Shown here piece by piece: positions 9,901 to 18,457 of a stretch of DNA of 64,000 bases; positions within the stretch are counted from its first letter, which is position 1, and every line of letters begins with the position of its first letter. The stretch is from a virus, in the IMG/VR virus record IMGVR_UViG_3300042691_050947, one strand, 5' to 3'. Both the position numbers and the translations under genes were made by a program. Under the pieces are notes generated by a model that did not search any database, had not been told where the DNA came from, and saw only the letters and a program-made list of their open reading frames with translations.

Positions 9901-10077
9901 GAAGTCATATTTGATACTTCAAATAACACCAATGAGGTGATTTCAGCAAACGCTGCAATTATAGATATTCGAGTAGATTTCCCAAGAGGAATCCAAAAAT
10001 TCATCAATCGAATCACTATTACAAGAGTAGGAGGAACATTAAGTTCAGATTCAACTGGATTTATTCCAAGTTTCTAA
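6901..10077 (+). CDS. Contractile tail sheath protein (gp18-like) with large central insertion
   Basis: N-terminal SSGVYTVEID..GPFNT; C-terminal AGGKRG, FLFDFND, VIFDTSNNTNEVI sheath motifs; 1058 aa. Confidence 0.9.
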   Translation: MAEPRINLNNYKSSGVYTVEIDASENVVLPLTTGRLIVGSSRVGPFNTVVLINDVRTLRSVFGEIDPKLEKAGSYFHRTIEVALREGPVFAMNVLPLDTEIAVPSSNLDQAAFTTFNSESAAGNDGANQYPIVEFFNRQRLWFADATKLNKSKNLALGDDYITTPGGFGITTSESNKILSFVNLGQYNMTVWVRKANVTGFDVTAKEWYASVGGGSVEFPTFVHPDDFISDYFVEVIVVNGDWSNYLKLSKDPIYKAYFDEVGLKTSNASNFFALREISVISRTIGCLIPDFRDQSGVTVSIDRLVNRAFPTTGLLCALDTEKLDLIDLTNDNFIDTDVYTHRVDIIGHGIDELAYYADNGGFDNIYVGGVDTFTTNGLGTGYTTATGVATTSAGGGSGLTVDITAVAGAITAITVNDAGSGYEIGDTITITGGTIPEVITVTAITYDNPIVDPTPLIDTLSYSRPIDRELLFEITSIETPVSFAAGAANGDTYVINTTTDFIVAMEGSKLYEAYTKGFLKTGDTSSDGINPTRYLKVIDNLVVSSLKYIKIEVYSNIGLTSQVNANYYNFSGTDYFKVTLADGDEFNHTFDLTDTAIFASYSISQPNVLILELDGAISVPNKALVNKYIKANNYIKANVADGRSRVLKIVSVLTPDPLTAPDTIKVTTMAPSVEEVIGLDVTGNTIQVYTGIPNFVTSLKGQKLAAFKLRNDVLPDGTADRLEGTGGILDYLFTETLIPQALSNGELVDFRYVVDSYSGTISSSSKYHLAKLAALNGQAMAILNAPSMQQFEKSVDPSFIDTTNKLVSTELISLGGNTALNPSFLYKFAEEDVKGVPLSSYSSYHFPNLIVRSGSKNISVPQAGYISNLYVRKFKNGTPFLIVAGGKRGALNDPEIVGLEYDLTDEDRDFLEPVGFNLTVKRRGFGIILFSNNTAYQRINSALNNAHVRDNLSTIERDLEKILFNFLFDFNDEITRLRVRTIVENYLNAVVNAKGISTYEVIFDTSNNTNEVISANAAIIDIRVDFPRGIQKFINRITITRVGGTLSSDSTGFIPSF

Positions 10078-10094
10078 TCGATTTATTATTAAAG

Positions 10095-10124
10095 AAAAAG
10101 GGAACCTTTCGGTTCCCTTTTTTT
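10095..10124. terminator. Bidirectional intrinsic terminator between sheath and endolysin
   Basis: AAAAAGGGAACC-TTTC-GGTTCCCTTTTTTT perfect stem flanked by A and T tracts, between convergent genes. Confidence 0.9.
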
Positions 10125-10144
10125 ATTTTAGGGGGTCGATTTTA

Positions 10145-11020
10145 TTATAGACTTAATAACATATCAATTAGGTCTGGATGAGGATACATGTCAACCTTTC
10201 CTCTTAATACGTTGGTGTGAGAATACATGCCAGGAATCTTTTCAGCTCTAGCAACATCTAGGACATCAAAACCGTCTGCTCCTTTAGCTTTAACATACTC
10301 TACTAAACCTACCCTAGGATCAATTGAATATTTTTCAGCAATAAACTTGATCCAATTTTCAAGAGCTTTTAATTGAGCTTCAGAATAATTGTGCCAATAT
10401 TGAAATCCTCTAAACGGCTTGTCTAACTTAATTATTTGACTAGAGTCAGCCGTTGTATTTACATAGGTCTTACCGTTAACTATCTGGCCCATGCAACATA
10501 CTTCAATCGCGACAGAATTTCTATGCATTAGGGAGTTACCTGTGCCTGTGTGCCATCCATAACCTCCATCAGGAAAGCACTGTACCATTTCTCCATCATA
10601 TTTTTTATTCTTACCGTCTACTGACTGTCCGCCTAAGATATACTCGGTAGCAACGTTACCTCTATCATCTCTAGCCCACATGTCTGCTACTTGATAGGGA
10701 TTAGGTCCCCCTGCAGTATGATGTAAGAAGATCCAGTCCTTTTGGACTGGGCCCGGAAAGTATGTTCCAGCTGGCATCCAATGTTTCTTAATCTCCAATG
10801 CTTTTATTACTTCTATGTTCTCAGCATTATCAGTTGTAAGAATACCCATGTGTGCCCAAGTCTTAGGACCTACAATACCATCATCAAATAATCCATGTGC
10901 TTTTTGCCAAGATTTTACAGCTGCTTCTGTTTTTGGTCCAAAATCACCATCAATAGTAATTTTTAAAAATTCTTGGAGTGTCTTAACAGATTCTCCCTTA
11001 CTTCCTTTTTTTAAAATCAT
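10145..11020 (-). CDS. Endolysin: peptidoglycan-binding domain + N-acetylmuramoyl-L-alanine amidase (Amidase_2)
   Basis: LKKGSKGESVKTLQ..DGDFGPKT..DGIVGPKT PG-binding repeat; IFLHHTAG, GWHTG, SVAIEVC, YSHTNV..KVD zinc amidase motifs. Confidence 0.88.
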   Translation of the reverse strand: MILKKGSKGESVKTLQEFLKITIDGDFGPKTEAAVKSWQKAHGLFDDGIVGPKTWAHMGILTTDNAENIEVIKALEIKKHWMPAGTYFPGPVQKDWIFLHHTAGGPNPYQVADMWARDDRGNVATEYILGGQSVDGKNKKYDGEMVQCFPDGGYGWHTGTGNSLMHRNSVAIEVCCMGQIVNGKTYVNTTADSSQIIKLDKPFRGFQYWHNYSEAQLKALENWIKFIAEKYSIDPRVGLVEYVKAKGADGFDVLDVARAEKIPGMYSHTNVLRGKVDMYPHPDLIDMLLSL

Positions 11021-11032
11021 AACTTTTATTTT

Positions 11033-11332
11033 TTATTCAAATTCTTCTAATGAAATATCATTTGCGTCATCTAAAATGCCAATGATTTCATTTGCCATAA
11101 TGACGTAGTGCTTTTCTCCTTTGTAGAATAATTCTAGACCAGCGTAGCGATTAAATAGAATAGTGTCGCCAGGCTTAACTACCATTTCATTGTGTTTGGT
11201 TCCGTCACCAGTATTAATAACAATTCCGATATTTGGTTTTTTAACTGCTTTTTCAGGAAGCATGATTCCTTGTTTTGTTCTAGTCTCCTTATCTTTAGGT
11301 TTAACTAATACTCTTTCGTATAGAGGCTTCAT
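11033..11332 (-). CDS. groES: Co-chaperonin GroES
   Basis: MKPLYERVLVK, TKQGIMLP, VKPGDTILF..YAG, EIIGI. Confidence 0.93.
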   Translation of the reverse strand: MKPLYERVLVKPKDKETRTKQGIMLPEKAVKKPNIGIVINTGDGTKHNEMVVKPGDTILFNRYAGLELFYKGEKHYVIMANEIIGILDDANDISLEEFE

Positions 11333-12468
11333 AGTGATGATAAATTATTTTTTAAATTAGTAAATTCTCTAAAATTAAAATTTGTTATTGAATAATCTTT
11401 AAAGAATTCAACTAGGGATTCTCTGATCTCTTTTGGGAACACTTTAATGGATAGACGAGTTAACTTAATATTAAAGAGTAAGTGTTCTCTGATCTCATCT
11501 ATTTTATCTTGGTCCTTAATTTTATTTAGAGTTTTTATTTCTAGAACAACGCTGTCAATTACTGAAGAATTTAGATCGTCTAGGAGAGGTATTATTTTTT
11601 CTCCAAATTTATCGTGGACTGCAGCAATTACTTTTTTAGCTTTTGACGGAGTCACACTAGTTATTTTTGGAATGTTATCTGACTTATCTCCCAATAGGAT
11701 CTTACTTAAAACGTCTTCAACAAGATCTACTTTATATTCAACATAATCCTTATTAGTTAAATTAGAAATTGTTTTTTCGATCGTCGCTCCAGTAATGTGA
11801 GCATCGCTTAATGAAAAGAAGTTATCTACTTCTTCATTTGCAGCGGTAGGTACGAGCTGACTCGGAACAAAAAGTCTCTTATTTTTAGCCATTTGCTTTG
11901 GCGTAATTAGTAGAACGTTTTTATTTGGAGTACCCGTTAATTGTTTTAAATCTTGATCTACTGAATAAATCAAGATATCGTCGCTTATTATGTCACATAG
12001 ATATGCAATAATATCGTCTCCCTCAGTTCCTTTAAATTTATACTGATTTATTCCTGCTTTTTCAACTAGATGCTGCATTATAACTTGCTGAAAATAATCA
12101 AAGAATAAGTATTGATGGTCATCATACTTTCGATTTCCTTTATACTTAAACTCAACTGGCGCAGAAGTTGTTTTAAAATCAGAATTCTTAAAAAAGTCAG
12201 AAGTATATTCTTTTCTCCAACTGCTTGAATCAAAGACAATATGAACTTTTTCTGGATGAGACGATATCGGAGAAATTAATGAATTTAGGTAAGTAAAACA
12301 AAAATTCCTAAAGGTTATTTTTACGTGTTCCTTTAAAATAAATTCTCCGTCATTGAAAAGATCGTTAACATAATAAGCGTCACCTGTCCTTTTGTCCTTG
12401 GTAGATAGGGACTTGGTGACGCTTATAGCGACATTAATAAAAGCGTTTCCGTCTATGATTAAGTCCAT
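11329..12468 (-). CDS. 5'-3' exonuclease/RNase H (T4 rnh, FEN family)
   Basis: LIIDGN, VFDSSSWRK, YKGNRK, EGDDIIA, SVDQDLKQL, GDKSDNIP. Confidence 0.9.
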   Translation of the reverse strand: MDLIIDGNAFINVAISVTKSLSTKDKRTGDAYYVNDLFNDGEFILKEHVKITFRNFCFTYLNSLISPISSHPEKVHIVFDSSSWRKEYTSDFFKNSDFKTTSAPVEFKYKGNRKYDDHQYLFFDYFQQVIMQHLVEKAGINQYKFKGTEGDDIIAYLCDIISDDILIYSVDQDLKQLTGTPNKNVLLITPKQMAKNKRLFVPSQLVPTAANEEVDNFFSLSDAHITGATIEKTISNLTNKDYVEYKVDLVEDVLSKILLGDKSDNIPKITSVTPSKAKKVIAAVHDKFGEKIIPLLDDLNSSVIDSVVLEIKTLNKIKDQDKIDEIREHLLFNIKLTRLSIKVFPKEIRESLVEFFKDYSITNFNFREFTNLKNNLSSL

Positions 12469-12479
12469 GTTAACTTATT

Positions 12480-12764
12480 TTATTTTGAGCTCCCGTCCTC
12501 TGACTTTTCGCTAGTTTTTCTAATTTTTCTGATTGCGGCAGAAAGAGTTTCAGATTCTAATAAATTAAATGCACCTTTTGCTTGAGAATAATTAGCAGAA
12601 GCTATCAATACAAATAGCGCTTGACTAATATTCATTTTAGATATGAAGTCCTCATATGCAGAATCATCAGCATAGGTAATTGTTCCAAATAAAATATTTG
12701 GATTTTCATTAGGTTTAGAAGATTCCTTCTCAACTAAAACCTGTGGTTCTTTATCTTCGTTCAT
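12480..12764 (-). CDS. Hypothetical protein
   Basis: 94 aa ORF between ssb and rnh in the operon. Confidence 0.7.
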   Translation of the reverse strand: MNEDKEPQVLVEKESSKPNENPNILFGTITYADDSAYEDFISKMNISQALFVLIASANYSQAKGAFNLLESETLSAAIRKIRKTSEKSEDGSSK

Positions 12765-12778
12765 GATATTGAATTATT

Positions 12779-13795
12779 TTATAAATTTGAGAATAGAGAA
12801 TCGTATTCATCATCGGCAGAATCATTATTAGAAACTGATTGCTCAACCGATTGAGTCTCTTCAGACTTGCTACTTGTAAACTCAAGATCATCATTAACGC
12901 TGGCTTTAGGAGCATTTGATTTTCCAGGTTTCATTTTTGAACGAATTAATTCATTCATCTTAGAGTCTTTGCTTCTCTCAAGTACCATTTCCAAGACTTC
13001 TCTTTGAGGGATTGCTGCAACAACTGCCTCAGCGACCTTATTAAAAGTTTCTTCAGTCCATTCTTGATGAAAATATTCATCCATTTTTGGAGTGTGTTTA
13101 GTCATAAACTCGTTTACTAGCTTTACTGACTTTTCGCTATTTTCAACAATCACTTGAGTATCGCCGATTTTAAAAACGAATGGAGTAATTTCGTCCATGA
13201 ATTTACATTTAGACCAATCTCTAAAGTCTTTGGTTTTTTTACCGACTACACAAAGAAAATCTTTACCCTCTAGTAGATGATATGGATTTACTTTTTTACC
13301 AGTAGATAAACCATCTAGCTCTTCAGGATTTACAAGTTGATCGATCAACATTCCAATTTGATTTCTGAACTTAAAGATTTTAATGGTTCCTTCAAGGTCA
13401 GGTCTTTGTGGATCTTTCTTAATATACACAGCTGAGTGGCTAGTGTTCCATCTTGAAAAATTTCTACCGATTTCATCAACAATCTCAGGCTCTTCCTTTT
13501 TCAAGGATCTTAACACTGATTCTATGGTCCAAAGAATTGAAGGTTTTTCAACGTTTGATGGACAATCGATAATTAGGGATTCCTTAGTTAAGGGATTCCA
13601 GAATTTAGCAGAATACTTTGTGTATTTGCTTTTGGTTTTGTCGAACACATACGGTATAAATCTAAAAACTGATTTATACGAACCGTTGTGTGCATTTGGA
13701 TCTGGGTCATAGACGTTTGGATCCGTTTTTTTACTTCCTCCAGACTGGGGCTTTTTTACAAAGCCGTCTTCTGGTAAATCAAAAAAATCTGTCAT
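12779..13795 (-). CDS. Single-stranded DNA-binding protein (gp32-like)
   Basis: YKSVFRFIP, IKKDPQRPDLEGTIKIFKF, NPYHLLEGKDF, DWSKCKF, acidic C-terminal tail. Confidence 0.85.
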   Translation of the reverse strand: MTDFFDLPEDGFVKKPQSGGSKKTDPNVYDPDPNAHNGSYKSVFRFIPYVFDKTKSKYTKYSAKFWNPLTKESLIIDCPSNVEKPSILWTIESVLRSLKKEEPEIVDEIGRNFSRWNTSHSAVYIKKDPQRPDLEGTIKIFKFRNQIGMLIDQLVNPEELDGLSTGKKVNPYHLLEGKDFLCVVGKKTKDFRDWSKCKFMDEITPFVFKIGDTQVIVENSEKSVKLVNEFMTKHTPKMDEYFHQEWTEETFNKVAEAVVAAIPQREVLEMVLERSKDSKMNELIRSKMKPGKSNAPKASVNDDLEFTSSKSEETQSVEQSVSNNDSADDEYDSLFSNL

Positions 13796-13817
13796 AATTT
13801 TTGTTATTATTTTATAT

Positions 13818-13844
13818 TATTGTACTAATAATACTATAAAAGTT
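13818..13844 (-). promoter_or_regulatory. Pre-late promoter motif upstream of gp32
   Basis: AACTTT-N12-AGTACAATA. Confidence 0.6.
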
Positions 13845-13853
13845 TTAAAAAAC

Positions 13854-13881
13854 AAAAAAAATGCCTCAAAAGAGGCATTTT
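13854..13881 (-). terminator. Intrinsic terminator after the histone-like gene
   Basis: AAAATGCCTC-AAAA-GAGGCATTTT stem followed by a U-tract on the minus strand. Confidence 0.8.
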
Positions 13882-13904
13882 CCGTAGTTTATAGTTTAGA
13901 GAAA

Positions 13905-14174
13905 TTATTTTGATGAGATCTCATCAGTTAAAGTTTGACGAAGATTTTTAGCACCTTCTTGAATCTTAGTCATTTCCGCTTTAACTGCAGGGTGCTTAAT
14001 CGCTTTACGAATCTCTTGCATTTTCTTTTTAAGGCGATTTCCAGCGCTTTTTACACCTTTTGCATAATATTTGTCTGCATCATCTTCAGCAGAAGAAATA
14101 AGAGCATAGATCGGGTCAAAGATAGTTGAATGAACTGCATTAACTTCTTCTTTTAATTTTTCAAAATTGTTCAT
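13905..14174 (-). CDS. Histone H1/Hc1-like nucleoid protein, Bacteroidota type
   Basis: FEKLKE..AEDDADKYYAKGVKSAGNRLKKKMQEI..AKNLRQ matches the Bacteroidota histone H1 family pattern (KFY.KG..AG.R.RK..QE), with short insertions. Confidence 0.7.
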   Translation of the reverse strand: MNNFEKLKEEVNAVHSTIFDPIYALISSAEDDADKYYAKGVKSAGNRLKKKMQEIRKAIKHPAVKAEMTKIQEGAKNLRQTLTDEISSK

Positions 14175-14220
14175 ATTTAATACTTTTTATAGTATTTTAC
14201 TATAAACAATGAAATTGGTT

Positions 14221-14970
14221 TTAGATTGAGTTTATGATGTGATTTACTTTGCTAGAAAAAACTGCATCTGGATAAAGTTCAGCCGCTCGAGTAACCCAAG
14301 CTTTCATGACCTGCTGATATTCAGATTGAGTAATATAGTTTGATTCAATGAATGGGTTTAGATAACTGTTAAAAACCTGGTCAATTGGTATATTTTGTTC
14401 CTTTGAACTTTCATACATTCCTTCAACCATTGATTCAATTTCATCATTCAATAAAAAGTAAGAGTAGCTCTTTTTTGCTTTTTCTCTTTTGGATTTACTA
14501 CTTACTTGAGTATTAAAGGGTTCCCTGTTAATCCCTAGTTGGTTTAGGTGATTTGTCTCATGAGTCAATATGTCTATGAGCCTAGAGTAAAGCTTACTAT
14601 ATAGGAAAGGTTCCTTTTTAGGATTTAAGATGATGTGAACTATGATTTTAGGTATTTTTGACTTTGATTTACTCATTTTAGTATTTGCATCAATGCTATA
14701 ACCTAAAAGATCAAAATTTATTTTTTCCCAAGGAAGTCCATTAAAGTGGTGATCTTCTTCAAGAATTGGGTTTGTATCTTTGCGAACATTTAAAATTAGA
14801 TCAAAGATAAAGGGCTCAGTAAATTCCATACCTGCAAAAACTGAATATTCTGGTCCATCTTCAATGTTGGAGGTACGCATCTTATTGATAAGAGACTGGG
14901 ATAAACTTTTAATAAAGTTAGAATCACGATCGGTATTTTCGTTTATAAACTCGATAAATGATTTAATCAT
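14221..14970 (-). CDS. Putative zincin-like metallopeptidase with capsid-targeting-like leader
   Basis: LTHETNHLNQ (HExxH) plus downstream DEIES; N-terminus MIKSFIEFINE. Confidence 0.6.
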   Translation of the reverse strand: MIKSFIEFINENTDRDSNFIKSLSQSLINKMRTSNIEDGPEYSVFAGMEFTEPFIFDLILNVRKDTNPILEEDHHFNGLPWEKINFDLLGYSIDANTKMSKSKSKIPKIIVHIILNPKKEPFLYSKLYSRLIDILTHETNHLNQLGINREPFNTQVSSKSKREKAKKSYSYFLLNDEIESMVEGMYESSKEQNIPIDQVFNSYLNPFIESNYITQSEYQQVMKAWVTRAAELYPDAVFSSKVNHIINSI

Positions 14971-15470
14971 TACTTTTTGTATTTTATAAAGGTGACGTCA
15001 ACATCTTCTGTCGTGGGAACACCTCTTGAAAAAACAACGGTCACATCGGGAAGAGGTTTACCTATAAGATTTGCAGAAGTTGCATTTTTTAATTTTTCAA
15101 TGAATGGAGCATCATCCGTTGAAATATTTGTACGATCTCCTTTAACGATATCCAGCAAGCTCTTTTTACGAATTTCTAATTCAGTTTTGTTTAAATCATT
15201 TTTATCTGATGAAATAACGTTTTCCTTTAACCAAGATTCAAGATCAGCTGCGGTAACAGAATAACATGGATATTCGATCACTACGCTTCCGTCCGGATAT
15301 TTATTTCTCTTATTTCCAGTATCGTCTGCGCCAGACATAAATAAAAATCTATAGTTTATTGGCTTGGCCGCACCTGGAGCACCTGGAGCAGGGGCACCGG
15401 GCATAGGCGGAGCCATCATGTCCTGTTCAAATAAAAAGTCAGAATACTTTTTAATGTGTTTATTCTTCAT
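14970..15470 (-). CDS. Hypothetical protein, putative internal head protein
   Basis: N-terminal IKKYSDFLFE leader, then PGAPAPGAPG linker. Confidence 0.6.
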   Translation of the reverse strand: MKNKHIKKYSDFLFEQDMMAPPMPGAPAPGAPGAAKPINYRFLFMSGADDTGNKRNKYPDGSVVIEYPCYSVTAADLESWLKENVISSDKNDLNKTELEIRKKSLLDIVKGDRTNISTDDAPFIEKLKNATSANLIGKPLPDVTVVFSRGVPTTEDVDVTFIKYKK

Positions 15471-15693
15471 CTTTTTTAGAACCTTTCTTTTTTTCTTGTA
15501 TTTTACCGTTTCGCTCCTTCCACATTCCTTTGTTTACTCGAAGCTCTTTGTTTTTTCCATCTAGCACAATTACGCCAGATCCTACTTTTTTTACGGTGTA
15601 TCGATGACCTATTAAAAGAACAACGTCTCCTTTTTCAATGGAATCAAAGTCATGATCTTTGCTTTCATTTACAAATTGCTTGAAATTAAGCAT
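15460..15693 (-). CDS. Small hypothetical protein (SH3/KOW-like), putative internal head protein
   Basis: Leader MLNFKQFVNE; IEKGDVV..YTVKKV beta-barrel pattern. Confidence 0.6.
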   Translation of the reverse strand: MLNFKQFVNESKDHDFDSIEKGDVVLLIGHRYTVKKVGSGVIVLDGKNKELRVNKGMWKERNGKIQEKKKGSKKDEE

Positions 15694-15710
15694 AAGTGGT
15701 TTATTTTTTA

Positions 15711-16055
15711 TTATTTATTTTCTTCCTGAATGATTAATTCTCCTAACACTTCAATTTTTCCAACTAGCTCTTGAAAATCTACTTGGTTTATGTCCATGTC
15801 AGTCTTTGTTGCAAGATATAATTTTTCAAGAAGATCTTTGTATTCGTCTTTTGCTTTAGCTAGATCAAATTTGCCAGCTGCAGCTTTTTTATAGTAGGGT
15901 AGCTTTACTTTAAAGTGATGCCAAGTAAGTAGAGCAAGCCCTCCTTTTTCTTTTGCATTGTCCACTATTTTTTCTGCACCTGCCTCTCTAGTATTAGCAA
16001 AAGATTCAATTTCTTCCTTGCTCTCATTTATGAAATTTGTAAAACCCTTAAGCAT
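15711..16055 (-). CDS. Hypothetical protein, putative internal head protein
   Basis: Leader MLKGFTNFINE; preceded by GATAAATA. Confidence 0.65.
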   Translation of the reverse strand: MLKGFTNFINESKEEIESFANTREAGAEKIVDNAKEKGGLALLTWHHFKVKLPYYKKAAAGKFDLAKAKDEYKDLLEKLYLATKTDMDINQVDFQELVGKIEVLGELIIQEENK

Positions 16056-16071
16056 ATAAACTGTTTCTTAT

Positions 16072-16079
16072 TATTTATC
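16072..16079 (-). promoter_or_regulatory. Late promoter candidate for the internal-protein cluster
   Basis: GATAAATA just downstream of the nrdA terminator. Confidence 0.6.
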
Positions 16080-16083
16080 AAAT

Positions 16084-16109
16084 AAAAAAAGCCGAACTCA
16101 GTCGGCTTT
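16084..16109 (-). terminator. Intrinsic terminator after nrdA
   Basis: AAAGCCGA-ACTCAG-TCGGCTTT stem with U-tract on the minus strand. Confidence 0.8.
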
Positions 16110-16133
16110 CATGATTTTTCTTATTTTGTGCTT

Positions 16134-17939
16134 CTATCCATCACAACTCAAACAGTCAACCATTGCTCTAGCTGAGATATCTCCTCTTAGGACTGATTCA
16201 GTCCGCATATAATAGAGAGTCTTTATTCCAGATTGATATGCCTCTAGGTGAACTTGATTGATAAACTTTGGTTCAGCTTCAGTGGGAAAGGCTAGGTTTA
16301 AAGAAACAGATTGATCGATGTACTGTTGACGTAATCCTGCCTGACGTACAAGTTCCAATTGATTTACTTCCTTAAATGTAAAATAGACTTCCTTTAATGA
16401 AATATAGTTGTTTTTTTCTACATCAGGAAGTTTAGACCACTTATTTAAAGTAATGGGATTTGCACCTTCACCTAGTTTAACTTTATAATTATCCATAAAG
16501 TCTAATCCTTGTACAGATCCTCCATCCAATAGAATCTGATCCCATACTTCTTTTGTGTTGTATCCTATCTTTTCAAGAACTCTTTCTAGAGATGGATTCT
16601 TTCTAATAAAAGTACCCTTAGCTGTTTGTTCAGTGAATACGTTTGCTGCCCATGGTTCAATACCGGCAGAAACGTTTCCAGAAAGCTTAGAGTTAGATAC
16701 GGTCGGAGCGATTGCACGTAAATGTGTGTTTCTCATTCCAGTACCAACACACCATAAAGGTTCACCGTATTCTCTTGCCATGTCTCTACTTGCACGTTCG
16801 CTTTCAATTTTAAGCTGTGAAAAGATTTTCCTAGTCTCAAATTGAGCAGGAAGAGAATCGAATGGAATATTTTTATTTTGTAAATAAGTATGCCAGCCAA
16901 GAACACCAAGACCTAGTGCTCTTCCTTTTTCAGCAGATCTAACGGAATTTTCAAATCCTCTCATGTATTTAGCCCTATGGATAAACTCTTCAAGAACTCC
17001 ATCTAGAAACCAAGTAGCAGTGTAGATAAGATCAGTGTCTTTCCACTCATCATACTTAGCTAGATTCAATGAGGATAAACAACAAACAAAAGAGTGATTT
17101 TCATCAGTATGTAGAGTGATTTCAGAACAGATATTAGTCATATATACTTTAAGTCCGTTCTTTTTGTACGCTTCTGGGCTCTGACGATTAACGTTTCCTT
17201 TATACATGATATATGGTTCGCCGGTCGCTTTACGTTTTCTCAAAACTGCCGTCCATCTTTTTCGAGCTTCCTTGTCTCCATGCTCTAATTTTTGCATAAA
17301 ATCATCGGACACGATAACACATTGGTGTAAATTTAAACACTGACGGTTGATGTCGCCTTTTGGCTCTCTAATTTCTAACCAGTCCCAAAAATCTCCGTGT
17401 TCAATATCAATGTTTACTGACGCTGCCCCCCTACGAACGTTTCCTTGATTAGTAGCAAGAACGGAAGAATCGTAAATTTTACAGAAAGGTACGACTCCAT
17501 CGGATGTTCCATTTTGAGCAATGGTTGAGCCTGCTGGACGAACTTGATTTATTCCGATTCCGACACCTCCTCCATGTTTTGCAAGAAGCATTAGTTCTAA
17601 GTTCTTGATTCCAATATCTGCGATGGAGTCAGCAACGTCTATTCCGAAACAGCTTATCGGCAGACCGCGTTCAGTACCAGTATTAGAAAATACTGGGGTC
17701 GCTAAATTTAACCACCCACGCCACATGTAGTCAAAAAACTTAGAAGCTAGTTCAGGTTTTCTAAGTCGTTTAGCTACTGCGCTGGCAACTCGCCAATATG
17801 CATCTTTTGGTGTTTCACCTTCAAGTAGATAACCTTTAGATACGGTTTTAACGTATACTTCAGTATTTGCCCATACTGGATAGTGCACTCCTATTTCCCA
17901 ACCTAACGATTCGCCGTAATTTACTTCTTTTTCTTCCAT
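16134..17939 (-). CDS. nrdA: Ribonucleotide reductase class I alpha subunit, no ATP-cone
   Basis: LATPVFSN, PISCF, GGGVG, RRGA, TNICSEI, CCLSSLNL, AIAPTVS, DQSVSLN, KTLYY, C-terminal CLSC. Confidence 0.95.
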   Translation of the reverse strand: MEEKEVNYGESLGWEIGVHYPVWANTEVYVKTVSKGYLLEGETPKDAYWRVASAVAKRLRKPELASKFFDYMWRGWLNLATPVFSNTGTERGLPISCFGIDVADSIADIGIKNLELMLLAKHGGGVGIGINQVRPAGSTIAQNGTSDGVVPFCKIYDSSVLATNQGNVRRGAASVNIDIEHGDFWDWLEIREPKGDINRQCLNLHQCVIVSDDFMQKLEHGDKEARKRWTAVLRKRKATGEPYIMYKGNVNRQSPEAYKKNGLKVYMTNICSEITLHTDENHSFVCCLSSLNLAKYDEWKDTDLIYTATWFLDGVLEEFIHRAKYMRGFENSVRSAEKGRALGLGVLGWHTYLQNKNIPFDSLPAQFETRKIFSQLKIESERASRDMAREYGEPLWCVGTGMRNTHLRAIAPTVSNSKLSGNVSAGIEPWAANVFTEQTAKGTFIRKNPSLERVLEKIGYNTKEVWDQILLDGGSVQGLDFMDNYKVKLGEGANPITLNKWSKLPDVEKNNYISLKEVYFTFKEVNQLELVRQAGLRQQYIDQSVSLNLAFPTEAEPKFINQVHLEAYQSGIKTLYYMRTESVLRGDISARAMVDCLSCDG

Positions 17940-18073
17940 TTTTTTATTTTTTTTAATTGATTTAATTCTTCTGCTATTCGAGGACTAGTTATTATCCATG
18001 AAGCTGGACTTGCTTTATGCGCCCGTTCACAGTATTCATCCCATAGTTGTTGTGTTGTTGTATTATCTTTCAT
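17921..18073 (-). CDS. Small hypothetical protein (50 aa, not in the ORF track)
   Basis: ATG directly after the SET gene stop; MKDNTTTQQLWDEYCERAHKASPASWIITSPRIAEELNQLKKIKKWKKKK; fills the gap and overlaps the nrdA start. Confidence 0.5.
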   Translation of the reverse strand: MKDNTTTQQLWDEYCERAHKASPASWIITSPRIAEELNQLKKIKKWKKKK

Positions 18074-18076
18074 GCT

Positions 18077-18442
18077 TTATTTGAAAGAGTGAATTTCACA
18101 AACTAATTGCCTATAATCAGTTAGAATTTCTTCGCCTGATTGGATATCCACTTTTGCATAAGTGCAAGGCCCATCCTCATAAACGTTTGGCTCGTCTGAA
18201 TGATTTGTAAATTTATCATTATCCATAGAGCAGTATATAGTATCTCCTCTTCTATAACAATACTTATTTATGTAGGATAATTCTCTTTCGTTGTATTTGA
18301 AAAGATCTTCTTTTTCTATTTTAATGGAAAGATTATCTTCCTCAAATATCTTAGTTCCTTTTGGAATAAATTCATCTGCGAAAAGACCTAGCCCTGCATC
18401 AGGTATTGTGCTTTTATCAATCTTTGTTTTGACTAATAACAT
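18077..18442 (-). CDS. SET-domain protein-lysine methyltransferase
   Basis: AGLGLFA..IPKG (motif I), FTNHSDEPN (motif III), DIQSGEEILTDY (motif IV). Confidence 0.88.
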   Translation of the reverse strand: MLLVKTKIDKSTIPDAGLGLFADEFIPKGTKIFEEDNLSIKIEKEDLFKYNERELSYINKYCYRRGDTIYCSMDNDKFTNHSDEPNVYEDGPCTYAKVDIQSGEEILTDYRQLVCEIHSFK

Positions 18443-18457
18443 ATCAATTTTGTTTAT

